DNA of 64,000 nucleotides from an uncultured Bacilli bacterium (GTDB lineage: Bacteria > Bacillota_I > Bacilli_A > Izemoplasmatales > UBA1188), in contig CAJOMC010000003.1 in NCBI GenBank assembly GCA_905235635.1, positions 15,018 through 79,017 of the forward strand. The letters are read 5' to 3'. Positions 46,023-56,144 of the stretch are shown here, in pieces (the stretch's first letter is position 1; each line of letters starts with the position of its first letter). A program made the position numbers and the translations under genes. The notes under the pieces are model-generated. The model was not told the DNA's origin. It did not search any database and worked only from the letters and a program-made list of their open reading frames with translations.

Positions 46023-47315
46023 ATGAAAAATTATTTAACAAAAGGACTATCATTAATATTTACTCTAGTATTAGTATTATCTTTATCTGCATGTAAATGG
46101 AACATGAGCGAAGATGCTAATGCTACTGGTAAAGAAGGCTCAATTGCACTATTAAATGAGTTCTTTGCTACTACACTTGAAGATCCTAATTTTGTAGTTA
46201 CATATAAGAGTGATGATGTAGCTCAATATACTGAAAATGTTTTAGGAAAAAACAGCTTTGTTCACAATAAGAATGATGATTTAACATATGCTTATATAAA
46301 AGATGGATTCTATTATTATGTATACACATATAAAGATATCGTTGATGGCGAAATTGTTAATGGACGTTACTATCTAACAAGCGATGAATCAAAACAATAT
46401 TATTCAGAATATGCTGAAGATTATTATAATAATCAATATTGTCAATTCCTATCTAATATTAGATTAATGGAAATGCTTAAGGAAGAAGATGGTGTGACAT
46501 TTAGCTGTGATTATCATAAAGAAAAAGAAGATGAACAATCAACATCTACAGTAGAATTTAAATATATATCAGAAGGTGGAACTATCACAATTAGCGCTAC
46601 AGCTAAAAATGATTTAGTTAAGACAGCTAGTATGATCGTAGTTGATAATACAGATCCAAATGGAAACCGTAATCTAAGTCTTTCATTTGTATATGGAAAT
46701 GCAACTATAATTTTACCTGATACAGATGCTTGGGCAGAAGAAGATTTTAAAGTTGAAGAGGAAGAAGAGCCTACTCCAAATGAACTCGCAATTAGAGCAC
46801 GTGATGAGTTTTTAAGTGAAGGTGGTGTATATACTGATAATATCGTTATCACATGTAAAGCTTATGGATCAGTAATGTTTGTTGAAACACTTTCAAATGG
46901 CATTGATAAGATTGATAATAAAACCTACCAAACATATACATACGCTAAATTAAATGCTAAAGAAGATTTTGATTACTATTATGTATATGATGGAAGTGAA
47001 AAATACTATAAAGTAAATGATCCGCTAACATACGGTTCAGCAAGTGCAAAGTTCTATAAAGAACACGTTAGTCTTTTAGAAGATAATGAAGAAGCTGTAC
47101 TTGAATGTGTGGTTGAAGGCGATACAATGAATTATACTGTTAAAGTTAATGACGCAACTATCTTACAACTTACCGCAACAAAAGTAGATGGCAAAATCCT
47201 TAGTATGACTGAAATATTTAATATAGGATTCCCTATGACATATGAGTTTACATTCGAATATGACACTGCACCACTAACAGAACCAGATTTAACTGGTTTT
47301 GAAGATAGATCATAA
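46023..47315 (+). CDS. acidic lipoprotein built from two homologous halves, unknown function
   Basis: Lipobox LSLSACK; AAGGAG SD. The two halves share order and motifs (..YYYVY.. in both) and are joined by the linker EEDFKVEEEEEPTPNE. Confidence 0.7.
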   Translation: MKNYLTKGLSLIFTLVLVLSLSACKWNMSEDANATGKEGSIALLNEFFATTLEDPNFVVTYKSDDVAQYTENVLGKNSFVHNKNDDLTYAYIKDGFYYYVYTYKDIVDGEIVNGRYYLTSDESKQYYSEYAEDYYNNQYCQFLSNIRLMEMLKEEDGVTFSCDYHKEKEDEQSTSTVEFKYISEGGTITISATAKNDLVKTASMIVVDNTDPNGNRNLSLSFVYGNATIILPDTDAWAEEDFKVEEEEEPTPNELAIRARDEFLSEGGVYTDNIVITCKAYGSVMFVETLSNGIDKIDNKTYQTYTYAKLNAKEDFDYYYVYDGSEKYYKVNDPLTYGSASAKFYKEHVSLLEDNEEAVLECVVEGDTMNYTVKVNDATILQLTATKVDGKILSMTEIFNIGFPMTYEFTFEYDTAPLTEPDLTGFEDRS

Positions 47316-47335
47316 TCAAATTAGTTAGTTAATAT

Positions 47336-48445
47336 ATGAAAAAGATTAATATATTAGTAATAATAATGTTGATGGTTTTTGCGCTTACAAGCTGCAAAAA
47401 CAAAAAAGATTATTTTAAATCATGGAATGATTGTGATTCGTTAAAGACATTAATCGCCTATGTTGAAGATGTCACTAACGAGAAATCACCTAACTTTATT
47501 CCAGTCGAAGATAGAATCGCAACATTCGATATGGATGGTACTTTTATAGGTGAACTTTATCCATCATATTTTGAATATAACCTACTAGAATATCGTGTTC
47601 TTGATGATCCATCATATAAGGATATAGCTCCAGATGATGTTAAGGAAACTGCGATGGATATAAGAAGATTTGTAAGAGAAGGCAAAAAACTTCCAGATCA
47701 TTTCGATATGAAACATGCATACGCTGCCGCAAAAGCTTATAGTGGAATGACTTTAAAAGAATTTGATGAATATGTTAAGGCATATGCAAGGAAAAACGCT
47801 AATGGATTTACTAATCTTACCTATGGTGATGCATTCTATAAACCTATGCTTGAAGTATTTAAATATCTAGAAGATAATGGTTTTACATATTACGTTGTAT
47901 CAGGATCTGATAGATATATCTGCCGTGCAATAGTTGAACCAATAGGCATTCCTTCAAATCGTGTTATTGGTATGGATGTAGTACTTAAATCAGATAACCA
48001 AGGTGATACTGAAGGTGTTAACTATACATACCAAGTCACTGATACACTTATTCGTACCGATGAACTAATTATTAAGAACTTAAAAACTAATAAAGTTAAA
48101 CAAATAGCTCAAGAGATAGGAAAAGTTCCAGTACTATCATTTGGTAATTCAGGCGGTGATAGCGCAATGCATAATTACTGTTTAAGCAACGAAAAATACA
48201 AAACACTCGCATTTATGTTAATTGCGGATGATGATGTAAGAGACCACGCTAATAGAGAGAAGGCTTTAGGTTTAAAAGAAGATTGGATTAAAGCAAATTA
48301 CGTTGTAATTTCTATGCGTGATGATTTTAAAACTATCTATGGAGAAGATGTAGAAAAAGTAGACTTTATATTTGATAATGTAATAACAACATCTTCATCT
48401 ATCTATGATAAGTTAATAATCAACACTGGTTATCAAACTGCATAA
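47336..48445 (+). CDS. HAD-superfamily phosphatase lipoprotein
   Basis: Lipobox FALTSCK; HAD motif I FDMDGTF; SGS motif II region; GNSGGDSAM motif; 369 aa. Confidence 0.7.
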   Translation: MKKINILVIIMLMVFALTSCKNKKDYFKSWNDCDSLKTLIAYVEDVTNEKSPNFIPVEDRIATFDMDGTFIGELYPSYFEYNLLEYRVLDDPSYKDIAPDDVKETAMDIRRFVREGKKLPDHFDMKHAYAAAKAYSGMTLKEFDEYVKAYARKNANGFTNLTYGDAFYKPMLEVFKYLEDNGFTYYVVSGSDRYICRAIVEPIGIPSNRVIGMDVVLKSDNQGDTEGVNYTYQVTDTLIRTDELIIKNLKTNKVKQIAQEIGKVPVLSFGNSGGDSAMHNYCLSNEKYKTLAFMLIADDDVRDHANREKALGLKEDWIKANYVVISMRDDFKTIYGEDVEKVDFIFDNVITTSSSIYDKLIINTGYQTA

Positions 48446-48460
48446 AAGATAAAATCAAAT

Positions 48461-48492
48461 AATGAGGCAAGGCAAAACTTGCCTCATTTTTT
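48461..48492 (+). terminator. rho-independent terminator after the HAD lipoprotein gene
   Basis: AATGAGGCAAG / CTTGCCTCATT perfect 11-bp stem, 6-nt loop, T-run. Confidence 0.85.
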
Positions 48493-48580
48493 ATCTCAGT
48501 CCAAAATTGCAAATAATTTTATAACGTTTATTATAATTGACAAAAACACATTACAATAGTGAACGTAAGGAGTTATTATT

Positions 48581-48898
48581 ATGTCTAAAACTAGAAAAGC
48601 AATAGTGATGCCAGATACAGAGGTAATACTAAAACAGATGGGTGAACAAATAAGACTATCAAGACTTAGAAGAGATATATCTGTTAACTTAATTTGCAAA
48701 AGAGCCTATATATCAAGAACGACACTTTGGAAAGTTGAAAGTGGTGATCCAAGTGTTGCGATAGGTATATATGCAGTAGTTTTACATGCGATAGATAATA
48801 TGGATAGAGATTTGCTTAAAGTGGCAAAAGACGACGAGTTAGGTAGAACTCTTCAAGATTTACGTATCGATGTTAGAAAAAGAGCTTCAATGGGGTAA
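48581..48898 (+). CDS. hipB: XRE-family HTH antitoxin (HipB-like)
   Basis: 105 aa with an HTH core (IRLSRLRRDISVNLICKRAYISRTTLWKVESG); AAGGAG SD; 6 nt upstream of the HipA-like gene. Confidence 0.7.
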   Translation: MSKTRKAIVMPDTEVILKQMGEQIRLSRLRRDISVNLICKRAYISRTTLWKVESGDPSVAIGIYAVVLHAIDNMDRDLLKVAKDDELGRTLQDLRIDVRKRASMG

Positions 48899-48904
48899 CT
48901 CTAA

Positions 48905-50149
48905 ATGGAAGAAAGAACTGTTCATATATACTTAAGCCTCGATGAAGAAATATATTTGGGAAAATTATTTGCACAAAAGATAGGCACAAAAGAAATATAT
49001 TCTATCGAGCTAAGCGATGAGTATCTGAAATCAAAATACAGTAAATATAAACTTGATCCTGAATTAAATAATTATTCAGGAAGACAATTTTTGTCATCCA
49101 AAAAAGCCATTTTTGGTTTTCTTTCTGATGCTGCTCCTGATAAATGGGGAAGAACTTTAATCAAAAGAAAAGAAAATATTCAGTCAAATATAGAAGGAAG
49201 AAGACCAAGAAAACTCACAGAATTAGATTACTTATTATCAGTATATGATGAATCAAGAATGGGTGCTTTAAGATTTAAACTTGACATAAATGGTGATTAT
49301 ATAGCTAATGATGAAGAAAATACTATTCCACCATGGGTCTATATTAGAACATTAGAAGACTACGCAATAAAATATGATTCTGAAGAAGAGATAGATGATG
49401 ATTGGATTAAGAACCTCCTAAAACCAGGTTCATCTTTGGGTGGCGCAAGGCCTAAAGCATCAATTTATTCAACCGATGGTAGCCTATGGATTGCAAAATT
49501 TCCATCCAAAATAGATACTTATGATGTTGGTGCTTGGGAGGCAGTATCATATGAACTCGCTAGAATGTGTAAACTAAATGTTTCAGATTTTAAGTTAGAA
49601 AAGTTTTCTAAGTATGGTTCAACCTTCCTAACTAAAAGATTCGATAGAAATAATAAAGAAAGAATACATTTTATCTCTTTTATGACATGTTTGAATGCGA
49701 TTGATGGTGAATCTAATAATTACAGCTATATAGATTTAGCATCATATATTAAGGCATATTCCTCTAAACCTACTTTAGATTTAATAGAATTGTGGAAAAG
49801 AATCGTATTTAATATGGCTATTTCTAATACAGACGATCACTTAAGGAATCATGGTGTCGTAATAAACAAAGATGGGATTAGATTATCCCCACTTTACGAT
49901 ATAAACCCAAGCCCATATGGTGATAGCCTATCATTAAATATTACGAAAGATAATAATTTAATTGATACAGACAATTTGCTTAAGACGTATATGTACTATA
50001 ACTTAAGTAAGGAAGATGCGGTTAAGTATTATAATGATGTTGTTTCTACTATTAATCATAATTGGATGAAAGTCGCTAAAAACCTAGGTATTTCATCTAG
50101 TTCTATCGAAATGATGAAGTCATCATTCTCTTTAAAAGAAATTAAATAA
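48905..50149 (+). CDS. hipA: HipA-family serine/threonine kinase toxin
   Basis: GSSLGGARPKASI (HipA ATP/P-loop-like motif) and SNTDDHLRNHGVV (catalytic D-x-H-x-(K/R)-N); N-terminal HipA_N-like coupling domain; 414 aa. Confidence 0.8.
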   Translation: MEERTVHIYLSLDEEIYLGKLFAQKIGTKEIYSIELSDEYLKSKYSKYKLDPELNNYSGRQFLSSKKAIFGFLSDAAPDKWGRTLIKRKENIQSNIEGRRPRKLTELDYLLSVYDESRMGALRFKLDINGDYIANDEENTIPPWVYIRTLEDYAIKYDSEEEIDDDWIKNLLKPGSSLGGARPKASIYSTDGSLWIAKFPSKIDTYDVGAWEAVSYELARMCKLNVSDFKLEKFSKYGSTFLTKRFDRNNKERIHFISFMTCLNAIDGESNNYSYIDLASYIKAYSSKPTLDLIELWKRIVFNMAISNTDDHLRNHGVVINKDGIRLSPLYDINPSPYGDSLSLNITKDNNLIDTDNLLKTYMYYNLSKEDAVKYYNDVVSTINHNWMKVAKNLGISSSSIEMMKSSFSLKEIK

Positions 50150-50255
50150 TATATCGGTTTGTTACATTATTAATTCTTGATATATATACTTATTACTTAT
50201 ACAATTAAAGTAATGGGTTTTATTCTATAAAGTTAAATCTCAAGGAGGAAAAAAC

Positions 50256-51293
50256 ATGATAAAAGTTGCATTCTTTGATACTCATGTATATGATAAAAAT
50301 GCTTTTGAAAAATATAATGATAATACTGAAATATCAATAGATTTCTATGAGACAAAGCTAAATAAGAATACGGTAGACTTAGCAAGAAATCATGATGCAG
50401 TATGTGTGTTTGTTAACGATACATTAGATAAAGAAGTTATAGATAAACTTTATGAAAATGGCGTTAAAATGATAGCACTAAGATGTGCAGGTTATAACAA
50501 TGTCGATTTAAAAAGAGCATTCGGAAAGCTTCACGTACTACACGTACCTGCATATTCACCATATGCGGTCGCAGAGCACGCAATGGCCCTCCTCCTTACA
50601 TCTACAAGAAGAATCCACAAAGCTTATATTAGAACGAAAGATTTTAATTTCTCACTTGATGGATTAACTGGTTTTAACTTGCACTCTAAAACTGTAGGCG
50701 TAGTAGGCACAGGGAAAATAGGTAGAATATTTATAGATATATGTAATGGATTTGGAATGAACGTTATCGCATATGATAAATATCCTATTCCAAATTCTGA
50801 TATAAACTATGTATCTTTAGATGAATTATTTAAAGAAAGCGACATTATTTCTCTTCATTGCCCGTTAACTGATGAAACAAAACATATGATTAATGAAGAA
50901 TCTATTAATAAAATGAAGAAAGGTGTAGTAATTATTAATACATCAAGGGGGGCACTTGTTGATGCACTCGCGCTACTTAACGGAATAAAAGATAGAAAAG
51001 TAGGTGCTGCATGTCTTGATGTATATGAAGAAGAAGGTGATGTATTCTTTAAAGATTATTCAGGACATATTATTGATGATGACTTACTCGCAAGATTAAT
51101 ATCTATGCCTAATGTGATAGTCACAAGCCACCAAGCGTTCCTTACAAATGAAGCACTAGATAATATTGCATCTACCACCATATCAAACATTAAATCATTC
51201 TTTAATGATAATAAATCATCAGTAAATGAACTATGTTATAGATGCGGTAAAACTGACACATGTATGAAGAAAAGACAAGAAAAATGTTTTTAA
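50256..51293 (+). CDS. ldhA: D-lactate dehydrogenase / D-isomer-specific 2-hydroxyacid dehydrogenase
   Basis: VGVVGTGKIGR NAD motif, catalytic R..E..H arrangement (NTSRG.., TSHQAF). Carries an extra Cys-rich C-terminal tail. Confidence 0.85.
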   Translation: MIKVAFFDTHVYDKNAFEKYNDNTEISIDFYETKLNKNTVDLARNHDAVCVFVNDTLDKEVIDKLYENGVKMIALRCAGYNNVDLKRAFGKLHVLHVPAYSPYAVAEHAMALLLTSTRRIHKAYIRTKDFNFSLDGLTGFNLHSKTVGVVGTGKIGRIFIDICNGFGMNVIAYDKYPIPNSDINYVSLDELFKESDIISLHCPLTDETKHMINEESINKMKKGVVIINTSRGALVDALALLNGIKDRKVGAACLDVYEEEGDVFFKDYSGHIIDDDLLARLISMPNVIVTSHQAFLTNEALDNIASTTISNIKSFFNDNKSSVNELCYRCGKTDTCMKKRQEKCF

Positions 51294-51315
51294 TTAAAGG
51301 AGTAAAAAGTAGTAT

Positions 51316-52128
51316 ATGAAGAAGATTAAGGATCAAAATGTAAGATTATATAATGGTGTAGAGATGCCATTAATCGGCGCCGGATTTTGGCTTGTTCCAA
51401 ACGAGATTGCAGGTCGTGTTACAAAAGACGCACTAAGCCTAGGATATAGGATGCTTGATACTGCACAGGGATACGGAAATGAATTAGGTATTGGGGAAAT
51501 GCTTGAATCTCTTAATATTAAAAGAGAAAATGTTTTTATTACTTCTAAAATACTGGCAGAAATTAAAAATTATAAGGATGCCAAAGAATCTATTCTAGAA
51601 TCACTTAAGAAACTAAGAGTAGATTATATAGATTTAATGCTTATTCATGCACCAAGACCTTGGGATGAAATGAGCGAATGTAAATATAATTACTTTAAAG
51701 AAAACTTAGAAGTCTGGAAAGCTATGACAGAATGCTACAATGATGGATTAATTAGAGCCATTGGTGTATCTAACTTTAGTGTAGATGATCTTAAGAATAT
51801 AATGGACAATTCTTCTATTAAACCTATGGTAAACCAAGTATGTTTTAACCCCCATAATAGACCACTAGAATTAATTAAGTTCTGTCAAGATAATGATATA
51901 GCATTTGAAGCTTACTCTCCACTAGAACATGGAACTGCAAAGGATAGCAAGAAGGTATTAGAAATAGCTAAGAAATATAATGTATCATTTGCTCAGGTAT
52001 GTCTAAAATATGTATTATCACATGGTACAATCGCTATACCAAAAGCTACAAGTATTGACCACCTAAGAAATAATTTAGAACTTGATTTTGATATTGATAA
52101 AGAAGATTTAGCCTCACTTGATAAATAG
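51316..52128 (+). CDS. aldo/keto reductase (2,5-diketo-D-gluconate reductase-like)
   Basis: LDTAQGYGNE, LMLIHAP and IGVSNF motifs; 270 aa. Confidence 0.85.
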   Translation: MKKIKDQNVRLYNGVEMPLIGAGFWLVPNEIAGRVTKDALSLGYRMLDTAQGYGNELGIGEMLESLNIKRENVFITSKILAEIKNYKDAKESILESLKKLRVDYIDLMLIHAPRPWDEMSECKYNYFKENLEVWKAMTECYNDGLIRAIGVSNFSVDDLKNIMDNSSIKPMVNQVCFNPHNRPLELIKFCQDNDIAFEAYSPLEHGTAKDSKKVLEIAKKYNVSFAQVCLKYVLSHGTIAIPKATSIDHLRNNLELDFDIDKEDLASLDK

Positions 52129-52179
52129 TATAATATCGCTATAATTAGGTATATTACAGTAAATAGGTATTAGTAGTAT

Positions 52180-53013
52180 ATGAGTATCGAAAAGTATGAT
52201 TTTAGTTATAATGTATCATTAAAGACAATAAACTGTATAAATACAGTTAGTTTCACATATCATATAAGCAATCATGATTATCCAATTAATCATATTCATA
52301 CTGACTATACAGAATTTACTATTATAACTGAAGGGGTAATTGAAAATATCACAGGTACTATAAAACAGATTGTTGAAGGTAATACTTTGTTTATTACTCC
52401 GTCAAACAATTCACATTATTTTATTAAAAGAAGTTCAGCTTTAAGTTTTATAAATATAATTGTTAGAGATAAGGCACTAGACGAAATAAATAAAACATTT
52501 AACCTATCTTTAGACTCAATTATAGTACCAAATAAAACCTATAGACTAAGTGATGAATTACTTTATACTATTAAGTCAAATATAGATTATGTAAACTCGC
52601 TTACCGAAGAAGAGTGGGAAAAAACTAATGATGTTTTAAAGTCAACCGTGATTAGTATTTTTAACTATTTATATTTAGAGAATTTAAAAAGCGATCATAC
52701 TGATGGAAAATGGGATAACACTCTTAATAGACTTAAACAAGACCCAGAATTTTATAGATATAATGTTAATGAATTATGCAGTAAACTTGGCTATTCTAGA
52801 ACTCAATTAAATAGAATATTTATGGATAAGTATCAAATGACTCCCTCAGAGTATTTAAGAGATTTAAAAATGAAATATGCCCTATCTTTATTAAGTCATA
52901 CTGATTATTCAATCTCTGAAATATCTAAATTGGTTGGATATACTAATCAAAATCAATTTAACAAAAACTTTAAAGAAATATTTAATAAAATGCCAAGTGA
53001 ATATAAAAGATAA
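52180..53013 (+). CDS. AraC-family transcriptional regulator
   Basis: C-terminal double HTH (LCSKLGYSRTQLNRIF...ISEISKLVGYTNQNQFNKNFKEIFNKMPSEY); N-terminal cupin-like sensor domain. Confidence 0.85.
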   Translation: MSIEKYDFSYNVSLKTINCINTVSFTYHISNHDYPINHIHTDYTEFTIITEGVIENITGTIKQIVEGNTLFITPSNNSHYFIKRSSALSFINIIVRDKALDEINKTFNLSLDSIIVPNKTYRLSDELLYTIKSNIDYVNSLTEEEWEKTNDVLKSTVISIFNYLYLENLKSDHTDGKWDNTLNRLKQDPEFYRYNVNELCSKLGYSRTQLNRIFMDKYQMTPSEYLRDLKMKYALSLLSHTDYSISEISKLVGYTNQNQFNKNFKEIFNKMPSEYKR

Positions 53014-53040
53014 TCGAGGAATTGCCTCGATTATCTTTTA
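53006..53040. terminator. bidirectional terminator between AraC (+) and a metallophosphoesterase gene (-)
   Basis: AAAGATAATCGAGG / CCTCGATTATCTTT perfect 14-bp stem, loop AATTG; overlaps the AraC stop codon. Confidence 0.8.
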
Positions 53041-53050
53041 TCTTATGCAG

Positions 53051-54106
53051 CTAGTTTAAAATATCAATTAATTTATGTTCTATATTGTATGTATTTTCAT
53101 TAATACTAAATAGTAGAGAACCTATCTTGGTGTAGTAATCAAATGTAGATGTTTTTATACCATATGATACTCTAAGCCCATCACAATCAACTGAGAGAGT
53201 ATTATTATGATTATGTGCTACAAACATAGTATCAAATGATAGTTCTTTGAGTTTATCATATAAATCGAATGAAGAGAATCCACCAAGCGCCTCACCTTTA
53301 ACTCCAAAATCCTTATTATCTATAAGTTTTGTACCACCTAAATCATAATATTCTTTATTATCGCCTTTATCATCACTTTGATATCCTTTTTCGAATAAAT
53401 ATTTATTCACAAAATCGGGAATAATATGCGTACATATTGTCTTTTTAACTGGTCGACCGTTTGTGATATCTATATCTTTACTAGTTTTGTACAGGAATTC
53501 TCTTTGATCAGGGAATAGTCCTCCACCTTTTTCAATGTGCTCATCTTGGTTGTATGGAGGATAATCTTTAAGATAAAAATATTCTTTTCCACACCATACG
53601 CCATTTGAATCCATCATAAATATAACTCTAATTAGTTCGTTGTTTCTATATATACCAATATTATAATTTCCATTTCCGGTTAATTCTCTTCTTTTAAATA
53701 AACAATATTTTGAATTTAGAAACTGTGCACATTGCCAAGTAACCCCTAATTTACACTCATTATCGTGATTTCCAAATATTGGAGCCCAAGGAATCTTGTA
53801 TTTATCCATAAATTCACAAAATTCTATTAGATTTGAACCGTTGTCATCAAATTCACCATATATAATATCGCCTGTCACAAGTATTAAATCTGGGCTATTA
53901 TCTCTAATAGCTTTATCGATATAATAGAATTCATTATTCCATTTCATCTCTTTAGTAAATGGAGTACCAAATTTAAAATAATCAAGACGACCATCATATC
54001 TTTGTTGAGAAGGATCAACTGGTTGCATATCAGTAATTTGAAGAATTCTAATATCTCTTTTGAAATCAAAATCTAATCTAAAATCAATTAATTCATTAAG
54101 ATTCAT
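53051..54106 (-). CDS. calcineurin-like metallophosphoesterase (cytoplasmic)
   Basis: ILQITDMQ, VTGDIIYGE, FGNHDNE and VAHNHNN motifs; 351 aa; no signal peptide. Confidence 0.75.
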   Translation of the reverse strand: MNLNELIDFRLDFDFKRDIRILQITDMQPVDPSQQRYDGRLDYFKFGTPFTKEMKWNNEFYYIDKAIRDNSPDLILVTGDIIYGEFDDNGSNLIEFCEFMDKYKIPWAPIFGNHDNECKLGVTWQCAQFLNSKYCLFKRRELTGNGNYNIGIYRNNELIRVIFMMDSNGVWCGKEYFYLKDYPPYNQDEHIEKGGGLFPDQREFLYKTSKDIDITNGRPVKKTICTHIIPDFVNKYLFEKGYQSDDKGDNKEYYDLGGTKLIDNKDFGVKGEALGGFSSFDLYDKLKELSFDTMFVAHNHNNTLSVDCDGLRVSYGIKTSTFDYYTKIGSLLFSINENTYNIEHKLIDILN

Positions 54107-54207
54107 GTCTCTAACCTCTTATATAATGTATTCTATAATACTCAATAAATGTATTCAATATCAAAATGTGCTACACTTATATTAGTATTTGTGAAAGGAA
54201 GAATAAT

Positions 54208-55023
54208 ATGTCATTTATTCAAGAAAATATTTTAGAGATTAACATTGGTCTAAATAAAGAATATAAGATAATTCATATTAGTGATGTTCACGCAGTTACA
54301 TCTTGTGATAATGATAGTGATGATGTGAAAGAAGAAGCACTTAAAGTAGAAGATTTATGGTATAGACAGCGTACCTGGTTTGCAGATAAATTTGGTGAAT
54401 ATTATGACGAATCTCATATGATTCCATCTAAAGAAGCATTTGAAAAACTAATAGATTATATCAATAACGAGAATCCAAATGTATCTATTCTCTCTGGTGA
54501 TATAATTGATTATTACTCTGAATCTAACTTTAAAATGCTTGAAGAGGAATGCGATAAGATTAAAGTTCCATATCTATTTTTAATTGGTAATCATGAAGCA
54601 CCAACTGAAAGATTTAAATCATTAACTAAAAGTGATATTGGGTTTTCTAAGATAGATTTAGGTGAGTTTAAAATAGTTTCAATAGATAATTCTACAAAAT
54701 CTGTGTCACCTGCTACATTAAATAGTTTTAAAGAAGAACTAGATGACAATAAACCGATTATAGTAGCTATGCATATTCCTGTATCAACTTCTTATAATAA
54801 AGATGAAATGAATAAGTTAGATCAATACTTCATTATTAATCACGACGATACAGATAGCACTACAAAGGAATTCATTGATATACTTATTTCGAATCCAAAT
54901 ATTAAGGGAGTTTTATGCGGTCATCTTCATGGATTTAGTTATACACATTATGCAAACGATAAACCCCAAATATCCGCAAGTAGTGGATTAATTGGATGGG
55001 TAAATAAGATTATTGTTAAATAA
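54208..55023 (+). CDS. calcineurin-like metallophosphoesterase (cytoplasmic)
   Basis: IIHISDVHA, LSGDIIDY, IGNHE and CGHLHG motifs. GAAAGGAAG SD favours the ATG at 54208 over the track start at 54166. Confidence 0.75.
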   Translation: MSFIQENILEINIGLNKEYKIIHISDVHAVTSCDNDSDDVKEEALKVEDLWYRQRTWFADKFGEYYDESHMIPSKEAFEKLIDYINNENPNVSILSGDIIDYYSESNFKMLEEECDKIKVPYLFLIGNHEAPTERFKSLTKSDIGFSKIDLGEFKIVSIDNSTKSVSPATLNSFKEELDDNKPIIVAMHIPVSTSYNKDEMNKLDQYFIINHDDTDSTTKEFIDILISNPNIKGVLCGHLHGFSYTHYANDKPQISASSGLIGWVNKIIVK

Positions 55024-55056
55024 ATATTGGAAGCGTTAATATCGCTTCCAATATTT
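55022..55056. terminator. bidirectional terminator between a metallophosphoesterase gene (+) and the GH43-like gene (-)
   Basis: AAATATTGGAAGCG / CGCTTCCAATATTT perfect 14-bp stem, 7-nt loop. Confidence 0.85.
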
Positions 55057-55062
55057 ATTATA

Positions 55063-56127
55063 TTAATCAAAATCTTCTATGCTCCATTCATCTACCCATT
55101 CGATGTGAGGAATGCCATTAGAGTCAAATTTAATTGGTAACCATACATATGTTGCTTCAGATGTGTTTTCATCGCTATATACGTGAATAAGATCTTCTCT
55201 AAATGATGGACCTTCAGGCCTAAAATAGCCATCAAACATTTCTTCACCACTTACTTCCATATTAACGGGTAAATCATTTAACCATCTATCTCCTAAGGCA
55301 ATATATAGATTCTTCTTGAATGGATGTTTGAATACAGATGAAAATTGGGCTCTAAATGATGTTTTTTCTTTATCATTAACACAAGTTTCACCGAGTTCAA
55401 TATATTCACCATGAAGATCTTTTATTTCATGTGTCAGTGTAGGATTAGGGAAGTAACCTGATGTGCCAGATGTGATAATAAACTTTCTTCCATCATGAGT
55501 GAAGTAACAGGGAGCTTCTCTCACAAATGGTGGTCTCTCTTTTTCGATATGGGTTGAGAATTTATCGGTAAAGTTCATATAATCACTTGTTAGTTCTCTT
55601 GCGTATACTGTGTGGTCTTCAGTACCTATATAATAGGCTTTATTGTTTTCTATAAATAAATCAAAATCACCAGCTCTTACACCATCAATCCAATGTGAAA
55701 ACTCATATGGACCTGTGATTTTATCTGATAAGGCAATATAGTATTTAGCGCTTTCAAAATTAGCACCAATTTTTACACATCTTGTGACACATTTAGCCCA
55801 CATTACATATTTTTTTGTTTTCTTATTATAGAGAATATGTGGTCTGTCCATAATATTTCTTGGATAGAAAGGACTATTAGGATTATCGCTAATTATAGCG
55901 ATTCCCTCATCATGCCAGGAGTATAAATCTTTAGATGAATATACTCTTACACCATTATGCCAAATAGATGGCTTTATATCATCTTTAACGGCACGTCCAA
56001 ATACGCCTTCTTTATTTTCTCCATACCAATAATACGTTCCATCAACATACATGATAGAACCACCATGCGCTTGGATTCTTTTCTTTTCATCATCATACCA
56101 AAATTTACCTGGTTTAATTTTATTCAT
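55063..56127 (-). CDS. GH43-like five-bladed beta-propeller glycoside hydrolase (cytoplasmic)
   Basis: N-terminal FWYDDEKKRIQAHGGSIMYVDGTYYWYGE and the repeated ..W.. blade pattern resemble family-43 glycosylhydrolases. Family call is by eye only. Confidence 0.6.
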   Translation of the reverse strand: MNKIKPGKFWYDDEKKRIQAHGGSIMYVDGTYYWYGENKEGVFGRAVKDDIKPSIWHNGVRVYSSKDLYSWHDEGIAIISDNPNSPFYPRNIMDRPHILYNKKTKKYVMWAKCVTRCVKIGANFESAKYYIALSDKITGPYEFSHWIDGVRAGDFDLFIENNKAYYIGTEDHTVYARELTSDYMNFTDKFSTHIEKERPPFVREAPCYFTHDGRKFIITSGTSGYFPNPTLTHEIKDLHGEYIELGETCVNDKEKTSFRAQFSSVFKHPFKKNLYIALGDRWLNDLPVNMEVSGEEMFDGYFRPEGPSFREDLIHVYSDENTSEATYVWLPIKFDSNGIPHIEWVDEWSIEDFD

Positions 56128-56144
56128 AATTTAATACCACTATA

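Noticed and set aside
48496-48699. 67-aa minus-strand ORF overlapping the hipB promoter and start.
   Set aside because: It is antisense to the HTH gene and its SD, with no motif. The HipB/HipA pair accounts for the region.
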